Positions 13,157 to 25,400 of a stretch of 64,000 nt of DNA are shown piece after piece. Within the stretch, counting starts at the first letter, position 1. Each line of letters starts with the position of its first letter. The stretch spans positions 558,001 through 622,000 of the forward strand of contig OZ237766.1 of NCBI GenBank assembly GCA_965178125.1, in the 5' to 3' direction. The notes beneath the pieces were generated by a model. That model was not told the origin of the DNA. It worked only from the letters and a program-made list of their open reading frames with translations, and did no database searches. Made by a program: the position numbers and the translations under genes. The stretch is from Bilabrum cf. latius (taxonomy: Eukaryota).

Positions 13157-13780
13157 CATTCCCAGGATACGCCGAGCAATTGCCCGCTCTAGCGCCTCTG
13201 TTGGATTGGTGCGGCTTGCGGCACGGGTGGTTGATGAGCTGAGTGTAAGATCAGAACGTGTCCGTTCTGAACTGCCTGCAAGTGGTGGACTGGGGCCTCG
13301 GTGCGAGGCTGGACTGCGAGCTCATCGGACGACCTTTATGCTGCAATGCGAGCTCAGGACCGGAGGGGACATCGTGTGGCTCGCCCTAAAGGGCTCATGC
13401 ACACTCTTGAGAGGATCTGGGCGCGTGAGATGGCGACTTCGCTTCGTTGTGTCTTGCGTGAAAGGGAGTAGTCTAGCTACGTCGTACATGGAAGTCCCGC
13501 TGGTGGCGGATGGCATGTGTTGACGGTCCGGCTGTCCTTACGAGGATGGCTCGGGCTCACTCTCCTTCCCTCTGGTCCTTTGGTGGATGAGTGGCTGAGT
13601 CTCAGGGTGATCGTCTCGGTATGTGTAGCACCATGATGTTTCGGAAATCCTCTTCGAGACGAGGGGTTCTTCTTTCTTTCTTTTGCTTTCTCTTGAGGCT
13701 TTGGCCTTTGCTTTAGGGGGGGGGGCTGCGGGTCTTTTGATCGCGTTGTTCTCTGAGGTCATCTTTGATGGCCCCACCTT
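13157..13780 (-). pseudogene. Decayed ORF fragment of unknown origin
   Basis: ORFs 13538..13777 and 13322..13516 and the downstream sequence are collinear in one frame, broken by one TAA and one TGA. Cut by the family B tail and absent from duplication copy 2. Confidence 0.3.
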
Positions 13781-13899
13781 GGGGGTGTGACAGCCATTCG
13801 TGGTTGCACATTACTTTGTGTGGTTTGTTTACCCTACAAATTATTCTGGTATTCTGGTTCTTCATCCAACTTCCGGATCCAATCACTGCGCGCCTGTCT

Positions 13900-15400
13900 C
13901 CTCCCCTAGAGCATCGACCCCAGCACCACCACCACTCGCACTGGCGCTGGCACTGGCATGGCCCCCTCGCTGGCGCTCGCCGCCCTACAGCCGAGTAGCG
14001 GCCGCAACCGCTTCAGTACCCGCCGCAAAGCCTACTGCCCTTGTATCTGACTCTGACTCGTCCATGCCCACCCCCACCAACTCCACCGCAGCTGCATCCT
14101 GCCAGGATCTGCCCCCACCCTCCACACGCGGCCCTCCGTTCCTTCCTCCTCCCTATGCTCGTGTCTTCGCTCTAGCACCAACTCGACGGAGGGGGAGGCG
14201 GGCGCGTACTGCGTCCCAGCCTCTCGGATCGTAAGCACCCGGGGATATGCAAGCCACAGGGGCAGGCCGCCATGGCCATGACTCTGGCCATGCGCCTGTC
14301 CCTGCATGCCGACCTGCCCTGTCTGTGGTTGCCAGCCTGTCTCCACACTGCCTAGGCCTCTTGCACCCGATGATCCTCCCAGTGCACCAGCCTCACGGGC
14401 ACCAGTCTACTTCCCGCCTGCAGCAGCGCTGCTCCGCGCAGCAGCTTGCCGGAGCCGGGGCCCGTCCCAGCGCCTGTTCTAACTTGCACAGCGCAAAATC
14501 CGTGCCCCCGTGCACCGTGAGCCGCCTGATCCCGTCTCTCCATCGCATCAGCCGCAGCCGCCACACGACGCGGCCACTGGGCACGTGATAGGCTCGAAGC
14601 ATCCCATCGGACCCCCTAGCCAGCAGAGACCGCCCCACTGCCCTGAGGCAAAGCACTTGGTGCCTTCACACGGGGTCGCGGAACGTTCGACGAGGTTCCC
14701 CGCCGCAGCCAAAGTAGCCCACTGTGCCGTTCGCTGCACCCACGAACACGCCCCTGCATTGCGCCTGCAGGGACTGCTGCTACTTCCTGTTTTGCGGGTC
14801 ATAACCAGGCCCTAGTATGAAGGAGACAGAGTCTGATTCGTTGTTAACGTGAAATGAGTTGATAAGCGTCTGTGCGATGAAGAGGGGCGGTGGGGCGCTG
14901 CCTGTCTCCGGAGTCCGGACTCACCTGGACCTGGAATGGTGGCTGGCGCAGAGGAAGAGGAGGCAGGTATGGGTGACTGGCTAGGGGAAGGGGGTGTGGT
15001 CCTAGTCGGCTGCCCGCTTATACAATCTCGCGATGTGGATGTGCCCTGCCTCCACCACTTCACCTCCCCATCTATCCCCACCGTAACAGCAACGGACACT
15101 CGGGTGCGATCGTCGCATGGAGTATAGCTATCCTTCAGCGGTGGGCTGTCTTCGCCTTCATCAGCGCTGCCCGTCCTCGCGGCACCAGGTTCAATACTCT
15201 AGTCCCCCCACGCATCGGGCATTCATGAGAAATCCAGGTCTGTAAGAGCACCCCAATGGCCGCTGTGTGGCTGCCACGCTGTGTGCGCCATATGAGGACG
15301 AAAACAGGATGTGCTAGGGCCGGACTAGGTCTACAACTATGCCCAGGCTGAAAACTGTCGATCGCAATGGGTGCTGGTGCCATGGACGGGAGTGACGGAG
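13900..15400 (-). pseudogene. Possible WD40-like gene fragment (frame-broken or spliced)
   Basis: Segments GSHTAAIGVLL, VAVTVGIDGEVKWW and LLARGSDGMLRAY resemble WD40 strands but lie in different frames. The 5' end abuts a LINE fragment. Confidence 0.3.
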
Positions 15401-15409
15401 GAGCAGCTT

Positions 15410-15680
15410 CCCATTGAGCTCCAACATGACGACCCATTTCTCCCTGGGGAGCGTCAGCATTCACGTTCCCTCCAGCGTCTGCTGCCGGCACCCCGTCCTG
15501 CGGCCCGTTCTGAGCCAACCGCCACGGCAAGTTTGTTGTTTTCGGCTGCCCCTACGTGCGCCCGTTTGGCCTTCGCTACAGCCTTCCTCGATCCTTTTCG
15601 AGACAAAATCGAGGATCCTTGAGTGGTCCTGCATGACTGATAAGTGCATAGAGTGGAATATACGATGTTCTTCGCGAACG
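15410..15680 (-). mobile_element. Diverged 3' fragment of RLE-type LINE family A
   Basis: Similar to 17348-17668 (VMQDHSRILDFVSK...NVNADAP). Confidence 0.7.
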
Positions 15681-15836
15681 TCCAAAAGGTATGGTTTAAG
15701 GTTAAGTATTCTCTAAAGAAAAGCGATCGGATCACGGCAAAATCGAACCTTATCGGCGATCCAGACGATGACACACTGAGGATACTTGCAGCCTCCTTCA
15801 GCCTGTATCTCGATGTATTGCCTGCATCTGGCCGGG

Positions 15837-18800
15837 GGGATCTGATATTTTCGTATTTGTGGACTCAAATCAAAAGCGCACGCTATCACGAAGAAACATC
15901 TGGAAGCAGGGCGTGTTGCTATGGGCCTGCTGGACCTGATCGAGTGTCCCTCGAAGAAGGGCCTTGATGTTGCGGCCAGGTTCATCCACCAGGGCCGATT
16001 CCTGCAGGGACCACCAGTACAGACAGGCCCACTCGGGGCCGCGCTGGCACTGGGATTCAGGATCAAGATGGCAGGGTGGACCCAACGGATCGATGACGCG
16101 AAGGACTGGCTGGGATGCCAGGAGACTGCAAAAAAAGTCACAAAGTGGAGGAAATCCAAATCCGGAGCTGCTGACCGATCGTTCACAAGCCTGAGCCTGG
16201 GATGCTCGCACGATCCGGCACTGTCGGATTGGGACCGGGAGAGAGCCGCGCTCGGAGTGGTCATACTTAACCGGTACGCAACGAAGGGACGGTATGCCTT
16301 CGGACCAGGAGCCATGCCAACAGCAGCGGTGGTGCAGGAATACGGCCACCAAGGAAGACGAATTCTGCGCATCCGAGCTGGATAATACCCGCAACAGGGC
16401 ACGCCCAACCTTCAAGTGATGGGCACCGCGGTAGAGCAGATGGAGCGGGCCGAGCATGACCATCATGCCGGAACGAGACCGTGGCAACCCGATGATGCGG
16501 ATCAGAATAGAGGGAGGTCCCCTGCCTCTCTCCGGAAAGCATGGGCGAAGACAGCTCTCGCTCAGGACCCTTGGGACGAGAAGCTGGAGCACACCAGCAG
16601 GGCCAAGCCAATCGTCGAAGACGCACTCACTCGGATAGAGCGTACGATTGCGCGGTCATCGGAACGGACAGCTGTCAAGGAGCTGGCCAACCGAGTGGTG
16701 CAGGTGATCAGGAACCAGCTGCGCTAGCAGGAGTAGCTGACGTGCAGGCAGTGGATGCGAGGCGATGCGGCGGCTGCTCTTGCCGCCACGGCCACGCAAG
16801 AGCTGATAGCGGCAACCAATGCGAACGCTCGGCTACAGCGACGGATGTTTAAGCCCCACGGCTTGCTAAGGGACATAGAGAGGCAATGGGCCAAAGGCAT
16901 GAGCGCGTGCATGCTAGCCTCTCTGAAGGACCGTGAGACGCAGAGACGGTCATGGAGGAGGAAATGGTGGGTCCCGGCAGGGGACCCTGATGTGGGACTG
17001 GACCGCGCTTTGTGCCGGGCACATGCTCCGCACCTGTATGCTTTCTCCCTGTGAAGGCATCAGGCTGAGGGCTTGTGGGGGACCACATAGATGGCGAATA
17101 AAGGGGACTCGGCGGTGTAGGCTGAGATTGGGGGGCCTTTGGCCTGAAAGGGTCGGGGGTCTTGTAGTCCTTGTTTGAGGACTCCTCTGGATTCAGGTGA
17201 TCACTCGAACTCCTTCGGGGGCAACGGTGCATCTGGGTGCTTGTGGAATCTTTACCCAACAATGTATTTCTGTATTTCTGTATTTCTGGAACAAGGGCCC
17301 GGGACCTACCAGACTTCACGCTTCAGCTGCAATGGCCTAAACCACCTAAGCTCCAACCTGGGGACCCATTTCCCCATGGGGAGCGTCAGCATTCACGTTC
17401 CCTCCGGCGCCCGCTGCCGGCACCCCGTCCTGCTGCCCGTTCTGAGCCAACCCTGCCTTGACGTTGGCGATCGCCACGGCGAGGTTGTTGTTTTCGGCTG
17501 CCCCTACAGCCAGGCTGGCAAAGTCCTCTCGGACCGCCCTTGCGAGCGCCCGTTTGGCCTTCGCTGCAGCCCTCCTCGATCCCTTCGAGACAAAATCGAG
17601 GATCCTTGAGTGGTCCTGCATGACCCGTGAGTACATAGCGTGGTACACACGCTGTTCCCCGCGCACGTGCTGGTGCTAGGCGGCAACGGAGAGGCGAGCC
17701 TTTGCCACGGAAGACCACGAGAGGCGCGCGTTGGCCGGACGAGTCGGAACCCGCCGCCCTTTGTCCTCCTGCCTCTTCTTCCGCAGCTTATCGAGCACCT
17801 ACAGGAACTCGACCGACTTCTCCCCGATCCCCCCCAACACGTCCACCACAAAGGGTACGACCCGCACGCCACTGCGTACCGCCCCTTTCTGCGTCCTCAC
17901 GGTCCCAGGACACCACTTGTCTTCTCCTCCGATCCGGACGCCGAGCGCTCCGAGGTCGACGGGCCTGCCGTAGCTGGCCAGCTTCGTGGCATGCGCGGCC
18001 CGCAGAGCAGACCCCTCTTGCCAGTCGCTGCCAATCCTCCACGACGAGCGGTCCCACCGGTAAGTTGCCGCAGTGGAATCAACCACCGTGACATCGATGA
18101 GATAAGCCGTCCCCTCGTGCTCAAAGAATAGGTCGCCTCGTGGCACGAGCGGACCGCGCCGACCCGGCAGCCGGGCCACTTGGCCCTCTGGCTCCCGGAT
18201 AGGGCGTCTGCCCGTGGCCTCGCGGACCACCTGCTCGAGCACGTTGAGCACCCGGAAGTGCCTGCGGCCTGGAAGGCCTCCGCAGACACGCTTGTCCTTG
18301 CACGTGGCACCGTGGCGAACTGACTAGATCAGTTCGACTACCTTGCCCTGCTTCCGGCACCCCGGGCAGATCCGCGTGACGCGCCACGCCTCCCCACATG
18401 CACCGTGCGTTGCCCCAAGAGGTTGTGGGGGACAGCTGCACGGCTGTGGGATGGCGAGACGCTGGCAGAACATGCCCCGGGCATCTTCAGGCTCGACTCG
18501 GCTCAGGACAGAGAGCGGCGCATGCAGCCAAGACCCGGCTCCTTGGGACCTGGCGGCGCGGATTGTGGCTCGCGCCACTCCTGCGTACTCTCTGGTGACT
18601 GCATCGACTGGAGCGAGTCTGTCGTGCGCAAGCGGAGATGAGGCATCCCAGAGGAGCCTCTCCACCTGCACTCGCTCAGCCAGTGCCGTCACATGGCTCT
18701 GGTTGTGCCCTCCTGCGGCACCTTCGAGAAAACGAATAACCGCCTGCGATGCGGTGGGTGCCGGCTGCTCCCCAGCCAGCTGCCTCGTCACCCATGCCCG

Positions 18801-19696
18801 AAGGTCCTTCACCTCCAGGCGCCAGGGTTCAGTGGCCCCACCGCACAGCTCCATACGGGCTGCCTTCTCGGCTGGGCTGCCCAGGAGTTCCGAAGTGCGG
18901 GCTGTGTCGTGGGGGGGACGTCAGCCTCCGGAACAAGTGGAAGGAACGGACTCGGGAAACCAGCCATCCCGAAATTGTCTTGCTTCCCCTCTTGTACGAG
19001 TCTCCCGTACTTCGAGATTGCGGTCATCACAGTGTCCACAAGGGAGTTCAGGCGCGCGGTGCGCCCTCGCAGTGGGTTCAGCAGAGGGGGTGCCTCCCCG
19101 GCACCTGCCGCCGCACCTTCCCCGACCTCCTCCGCCGGGTCCCACTGGTTGAGCGCCACCTGCAGGTGTGGCAGGTTGAAGTCGCGTGCTACCCTCGCCA
19201 ACCAGGGCCACACATCCAACAACCCCCCGACGCACATTGCCTCCCGGGTTAAATCGGCAGGCACGAGCCCCACTCCGAGGCCCCCACGGGCAACGGATAG
19301 CGGACCCAGCACGTCCGACACCTGTCTCTGGGCCTGCGAGAGAGCGCTTACACGCATCCCTGTCAGGAACTCCAGAAACGCTCCCTACACCTCCTTCAAA
19401 TGGGGTGTCATCCCGTCCTTGAGCTCGGGCAAGAGGTACCCGCTCCTGTGCACGTGCGTCCACGCCGGCACAACGCACCGAGCAAACAGTGCGCGCGCAC
19501 TGATTGGGTCCAGGTAGGCCAGGCGAAAAGCCTGAACCACCGTCTCTTCCAAGCGTCCCTTCAAGACTTGTTCGGCCACTCCGACGTCGGTCCCTATGCT
19601 CGTGGACCACTCCTTCGAGCCTATCCTCCTGGTCTGGCGCCAATAGGTGGACCAGGTGCTAATAGGTGGCTCGGGAGGGGGAGAAGAACGACGTTT
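15837..19696 (-). mobile_element. 5'-truncated RLE-type non-LTR retrotransposon (CRE/R2-group-like), family A, with family B nested in its 3' UTR
   Basis: With TAG read-through the ORF runs from about 19690 to TGA 17316, with one frameshift near the G7 run at 18911. It shows the RT-thumb motif LSVARGGLGV, GAGSWLHAP, a Cys/His knuckle, and RLE motifs RHFRV, RGDL, LIDVTVV, KLASY, VVPFVVDVLGGIG. Candidate TSD TCTGGCCGGG at 15827 and 19697. Confidence 0.85.
15913..17285 (+). mobile_element. 5'-truncated retroelement family B with (TGTATTTC)n tail
   Basis: C-terminal ORF ends at TGA 17054, followed by a 3' UTR and three TGTATTTC units. Flanked by CTGGAAGCAGGGC (15900) and CTGGAACAAGGGC (17286); the empty site CTGGAACGAGGGC is seen at 48111. 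Confidence 0.8.
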
Positions 19697-19769
19697 TCTG
19701 GCCGGGATCGATAGGAGTAGCGTGCAGGTTTGGGAATATCAGATTACCACTGGTGGCACCGAACGCACC

Positions 19770-22022
19770 ATGAGGCGTGACCACATTCAGGAACAGAAGA
19801 AGATGGATCGTATCGTAGCTGCTGTGTCACGATATGTAGAGCTATGTGCACATAAGATGCCGCTAATCCGGTTCAAAATGGACTGCAAGGTCAATGTCGA
19901 CGTCGACGACGTTTGCTCTGCAATGGTCAGCTTTCGACTTTGCCCTGACCGACCAGATGAACAGTTCTGCGAAGACATACCAGCCTTTATCCAGAGATCA
20001 TAGCTGAATCTCACTTTTTTTACTACTAGTGGATCTAGGGACGCCCAGGAGACCGAGCTTGCGGCGACGGTGCTTGTCGAGAAGCTCGTTCTCGATGCCA
20101 TAAAGCAGACTAAAAGCCTTCGTAATCCATTGGATGCAGTGCGCATAGTAGGAAAAAGTTTAAAAGTAATTGGCAATGGTGCTGTTGCTGTTCTAGGCAG
20201 CGAGACGTCCATCGCAAGGCTGCTTCGAAGCGGTAGCAATGAAAGAGAGACTGGTAAAGGAGCAGCAGCTGTCGTCTTCTGCGTGCAGTAGCTGGCTGAA
20301 TGCCTGAAAACATCGGGGTCCAAAGCACACGAAGAGCTCCTGCTTACTGCATTACGGGGTGGGAACGCTGCAGCTGTACGCACAAGCGAACGGTGGGAGC
20401 ATCTGCGCAAAACCAAACCTTGCAAGTACACGGTGCACCGACATCTTAAAGAGCTTATCATGTGGATTCACCAATGCTTGACAGAGGACGGGGCAGAATT
20501 CGATGACCGCGACGCAGCAGCGTCATACGCGGCGAGAGCACGAGCGGTCGAGTGGGCCAACACCGGACCAGCTGATGCTGAGAGATCGCACTTGGTGACG
20601 GGAGTCCATGTTGCTCGTGGCGGTGCAAGGTCGGCAGGTGGTGGCCGAGGTAGAGGTCGAACACACACTGTCCATGGTGGTGCAGGGTCCGCAAGTGGCG
20701 GCCGGGGTAGAGGCCGGAAACACGCTGACCATGGCGGTGCAAGGTCGGCAGGTGGTGGCCGAGGTAGAGGCCGGAAACACGCTGACCATGGTGGTGCAGG
20801 GTTGGCAGGTGATGGCCGGGGTAGAGGCCGGAAACACGCTGACCATGGTGGTGCAGGGTTGGCAGGTGGTGGCCGAGGTAGAGGTCGAAAACACGCTGAC
20901 CATGGTGGTGCAGGGTCGGCAGGTGGCGGCCGGGGTAGAGGCCGGAAACACGCTGACCATGGTGGTGCAGGGTTGGCAGGTGATGGCCGGGGTAGAGGCC
21001 GGAAACACGCTGACCATGGTGGTGCAGGGTTGGCAGGTGGTGGCCGAGGTAGAGGTCGAAAACACGCTGACCATGGTGGTGCAGGGTCGGCAGGTGGCGG
21101 CCGGGGTAGAGGCCGGAAACACGCTGACCATGGTGGTGCAGGGTTGGCAGGTGGCGGCCGAGGTAGAGGCCGGAAACACGCTGACCATGGTGGTGCAGGG
21201 TTGGCAGGTGGTGGCCGGGGTAGAGGTCGAAAACACACTGACCATGGTGGTGCAGGGTCGGCAGGTGATGGCCGGGGTAGAGGCCGGAAACACGCTGACC
21301 ATGGCGGTGCAGGGTCGGCAGGTGGTGATATGGGTAGAATTGTCCGGTTTGCAAAGGAGAAGGGACATGATTCGGAGCTTCTGACCACAGCTGCTACTGT
21401 TGTTGCGGGATCGATTTCTCGCGACCTGTACTTGATGTGCACCGTAGACTTTTGGGACGATGGTGGATCAGCTCTCCTCGAACTCAGTTTGCCAGGTGGC
21501 AAGAGACGGCTGGGTGAGACTGAAGCTCACTGTGCAGTAAGGAAGTTCAATAGGAAGGTACAAGGACTGTTCACTACATATGACAGACTGAGGCGAGGGA
21601 CTCGAGGCATCTTGTTCCAGGGGAGAAAATTTGAGAGTGGTTTCATCCGACCGGGCGGGAAGATGATCTTTATCGTCGAGTCTAGCGCGGTTGGTACAAG
21701 AGCCGCTGCATCACACAGTTGGATGGCCGCCGACCCTTCATCGAAGGCAATCGGTGCTGCAGTCGGTACAAGTGCGGCCATATCACACGGTTGGACGTCA
21801 GCCGATCCTGCCATGGCACCAGCTACTGCAGCCGGTATGACTGCAGCTGCATCGGTCGGCGGGACATCAGCCCACCCTGCCATGGCACCCGGTGTTGCAG
21901 CCGGCGCAAATGCGGCTGCTACGGATGAGGGTATGGCAGCCGACCCCTCTTCGAAAGCACCCAGTGTTGCAGTCAGTACAACTGCCGTGTTATCGGGTGA
22001 TAATTTTGACCCATCATATTAA
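19770..22022 (+). CDS. RGG-repeat protein with degenerate Nudix box (pseudo-Nudix paralog)
   Basis: ORFs 19647, 20070 and 20433 are joined by TAG at 20001 and 20289 and are collinear with the uninterrupted paralog 61115-63256. Box reads PGGKRRLGETEAHCAVRKFNRKVQG. TAA stop. The true start may lie upstream of the LINE insertion. Confidence 0.75.
20615..21330 (+). repeat. Coding tandem repeat, 57-bp unit (GGAGSAGGGRGRGRKHADH), about 12 copies
   Basis: Directly visible periodicity with no spacers. Confidence 0.95.
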
Positions 22023-22428
22023 GCAGTGTGACTTGATTCGTACTCGACCGTATTGAATCAGGTATACATGCTCAGCTGGTTACTACGCGCCGAAGCTGAA
22101 GCCGACCAGCAGCAGGGAGAATAGCCGGTCGCACTCATCCTGCAGGGCGGAGCCCGGGGAGGAGCAGTCGCAGCTGCTGACCCTGGTGAAGCACCTCCTC
22201 AAGAGATCGAGCCCGAGGATCCAGGAGCTCCAGCTGCAGCACACCCCTACCACGGCTGGGTATAGGTGCTTCTGGATCATCCTGAGTGAACTCGGGAGTC
22301 TCGATGAGTGCCACAGAGCTTAAGTGTTGGACGAGGGTCCGGTGCGAGATCTCGAAGGTGATGATGATGATTGAATGTGATGATACGACTTTCATTGACC
22401 GTATTGATCCTGTTCAGGTTTGGATGCA

Positions 22429-25400
22429 ATCATCACGCTACAAAGGATGATCCGATCCTCCAAGCAGCCCAAGAAATGGACCCTGCCAGAACACTCTGAG
22501 GTCGTTGGGGTGAGCAAAACTCCTCTAAGGCGTATTATGACACACATGATATTTTGAATGTATTTACTTTCAGCCCTGTGATTGTTTGAATCACGATCTT
22601 GTTGCAAATCTGAATGAGTCGGATTTAACCAACTATCACGTTGGCCCGACATTCAAGATTTCATGTTGTGCCGCAATGCTGAGCGGCTATTGGTATTAAA
22701 TTCCATATGATTAAATATCTGAACGCGTATAATGTATGTCATTCCATTTTGCAGATTTCTGTACCACTAGTAGTCGCGGTAAGCAGTACCGAACATTCTT
22801 GTAGGAGGTTCAAGGCAGAACTCATTCACCTGTACTTTGAATACGTGAGAGTATGGAACGCACTGCGTCGATTTCTTTTTGAATGGATATGCGTGCGTTC
22901 ACCAAGCCATGTGACAGCCAGCACCTTGTCAGGATAAGATTGCCCCGCTCTAATATTTCGCAGCTCCATGGAGCAGCAGGCAGATCCTCCGAAGGGGGTG
23001 GCGCACCCAGGTACAGATTCAGGCAGGGATAGGAATGACGAGAGTAAATGCTAGCCACTGAAGGCTGCCGAAGGCACACCGCTAGATTCCTCGGGGTTGA
23101 GCACTCGGCAGCAAGCTCCTCCAGGTGCACCTTCTTAGGCTAGGTAGGTCCAGAAATGCCTATCATCCACGTCCGGTCGATCTGCTGATCCCGACAGTCG
23201 TTCGACAGCTAGCACTGCACTGACTAGAGGAAGCGCGTAGCCGCCATGGCGAGCATCGACCTCAACACGGGGCAGCCTATCAGCTGAGCTCTCTACGCGC
23301 ATTGGCAGCTCCTCGAAGTCCATGCAGGACACACGGGCAAAAGGCGGGGCCAAATCATCTGCAACAGAACGGTCCCCCAGTCTTGTGAGATCGGAAACCA
23401 CCGATGATGCATCGACTCCAAGCTCATCCCGCGCTACAGGCCTATCCGGCGATGCCACAAGTGCGGGCGCTGGTGAAACCATCAGCGGTGCATAGAATGC
23501 TGAATTGACCTCAAAGCCCGCGGGAGGTAGATACAGGCTCGCTCCGCTGCTGACAGAACCGATAGGGTCAATGTTAGAAGGAAAGAGTACGCCCGCAGCG
23601 AGTGCCTCCAGCCCGGGCCGGCCGCGGTCAAAAACAGTTTTTGCAGCAAAAGGTCGAGCAAGTACGCCATTAGAAGGCTGTGATGAATTTAACACTGATG
23701 TCATGACTGGTCAGGGCATCTGTGCAGGAGAGATGCAGGGGTTACCAATAGACTCGGCCACATGGTCGCTTAGCTAGCGTCACGGCCCCAGGAGTGGGCT
23801 TGCTGCTGGCGGTCCGTCGTCTGCCGAGGCATCTGCGAGAGACCGCCCCGTGAGCGCCCCATGGACTGAAACATCGGCGCTGGGTAGCAAGCCATCACGT
23901 CCAGTAGAACGCCATGGCCTAGGCCCTGTCTCTGGTGCAGGGTCCAGTGATCCCGCACACCACGAGTAGGCCAGTGAGCCAGAGGACCAGACAGTACCCC
24001 TCCGCGGATTAGCAGCAGCACAAGCACCAGACAGATTCAATTGGCAGGCTCGCTTTGATGCGATCCGGCGGTAGGTGGCCATGTTTCCGTACCAGCAAAA
24101 GGAGCGAGCAGAGCAATTTCGGGAGCTCGGAGCGGACTTCTTGAACACGGTGCATGACCGAGTCACGGAAGCCCCGTTTCCCGACGTGCATCTTTCTTGG
24201 AGGGAAAATTGCATTCCCACGGGGTTTACCGAAGAGGACAAGACGGCGATCCATGGGAGCACGGGCCTTCGATTTTTTGAAGCAGGTGGCGAAGCAGGTG
24301 GCCTGAAAGCCGAATTGGCTGAGTGTGGCCTGTTCCTCAAGTTTGCCTTCGATCACAAGGGCATTTATGGCAGCACCAGAATGGCGGCAAAGGCGGCCAA
24401 GCGAGAAGTCGGCGCAGTTCGATGGGTGCATGGTTTGAATAGTCTGCATGTATCCAGCCCAATGCTCGAGAAAGTCGATCTACGGCTGAGTGTGATACCT
24501 GTAGATAACACTCGGCCAAATCATGTTACTGTTCGAGTCTAGGTGTTTGCCAAGGTTGCAGTTAGGAAGCACGGTCCCTTCTCGCCCTTGTCTACCCTGC
24601 GAGTAGGCTCTGCCGATGCTTTGAAATCACTCCACGTCGATGAGAGCCAGAACGATGTGGTGCAGCAACTCGCAGACTCGTTCTTCTTAGCCAGATGCAC
24701 ACTGCTCGAGCGGTCTACGGAGATTGTGAAGCATTCGTACTCGGTAGCTGGTGATGGCGCGCCGAGTACTCTGTCCGAATCTATCTTGAGCTGGCTAGAT
24801 CTAGGAAAGGATGAAATGCGGCTACGAGCGATCATTTCTGCTGCCTGCGATGCTGAATCTCTGTCCATAATGTAGGTGGACTTGCAATAGCTGTCGAAAT
24901 AGGATCAGTAGGTAGTCGAAGCGTTTCACGATCAAATGTCTCAATCCAAAGCTAGACTTGATTCGCAGCCTACCGGTCCAGTGAATCACACTATTGTCAA
25001 GACCACGCCGTCAACAGGCTCTGTATCTAGTCAGCTGCCTTTTGATGTTGAAGTGCACTAGTTGCCCAGCGGCCAGCGTGTAGTTCTTGATACGCATCGA
25101 TTGCTTATACCGGACGTGCTGTGGATGGACTGGATTCAAGAAAAGAGCAAATGTTAGGTCTGGTTAGTTCCATCCAAGTCTAGTCGATCGGCAGGTGTTG
25201 AGCGGAAGTGCCTAGATACTACCCCCAAGTTCACGACAGAAGGACTGTGCAACGCGCTGGAGCTTTGCTTTGGGGAGGCTTGTGATTTTGATCGAGCAAA
25301 CATCTGTTTCGATAGGAACTCCGGATGTGCAGTCGTGCCGTGTGGAAGTCGTGGTGGTAAGTTTGTAGCTATCGTTGCTTGCTCAAGTTGGTACTACTGC

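Larger units (their letters stand above)
6264..15680 (+). repeat. Direct segmental duplication, copy 1 (partner 48581-55030)
   Basis: Near-identical to 48581-54850 over 6264-12546. Short blocks 13858-13900 and 15550-15680 also recur in order at 54860-55030. Confidence 0.92.

Noticed and set aside
16383-16385. TAA also read as Gln (TAA here vs CAA in the copy near 47600; in-frame continuations after TAA at 13538 and 63254)
   Set aside because: These cases lie in decaying elements or at gene ends. No in-frame TAA was found in the intact host genes despite many TAG and CAA codons. It is still worth testing genome-wide.
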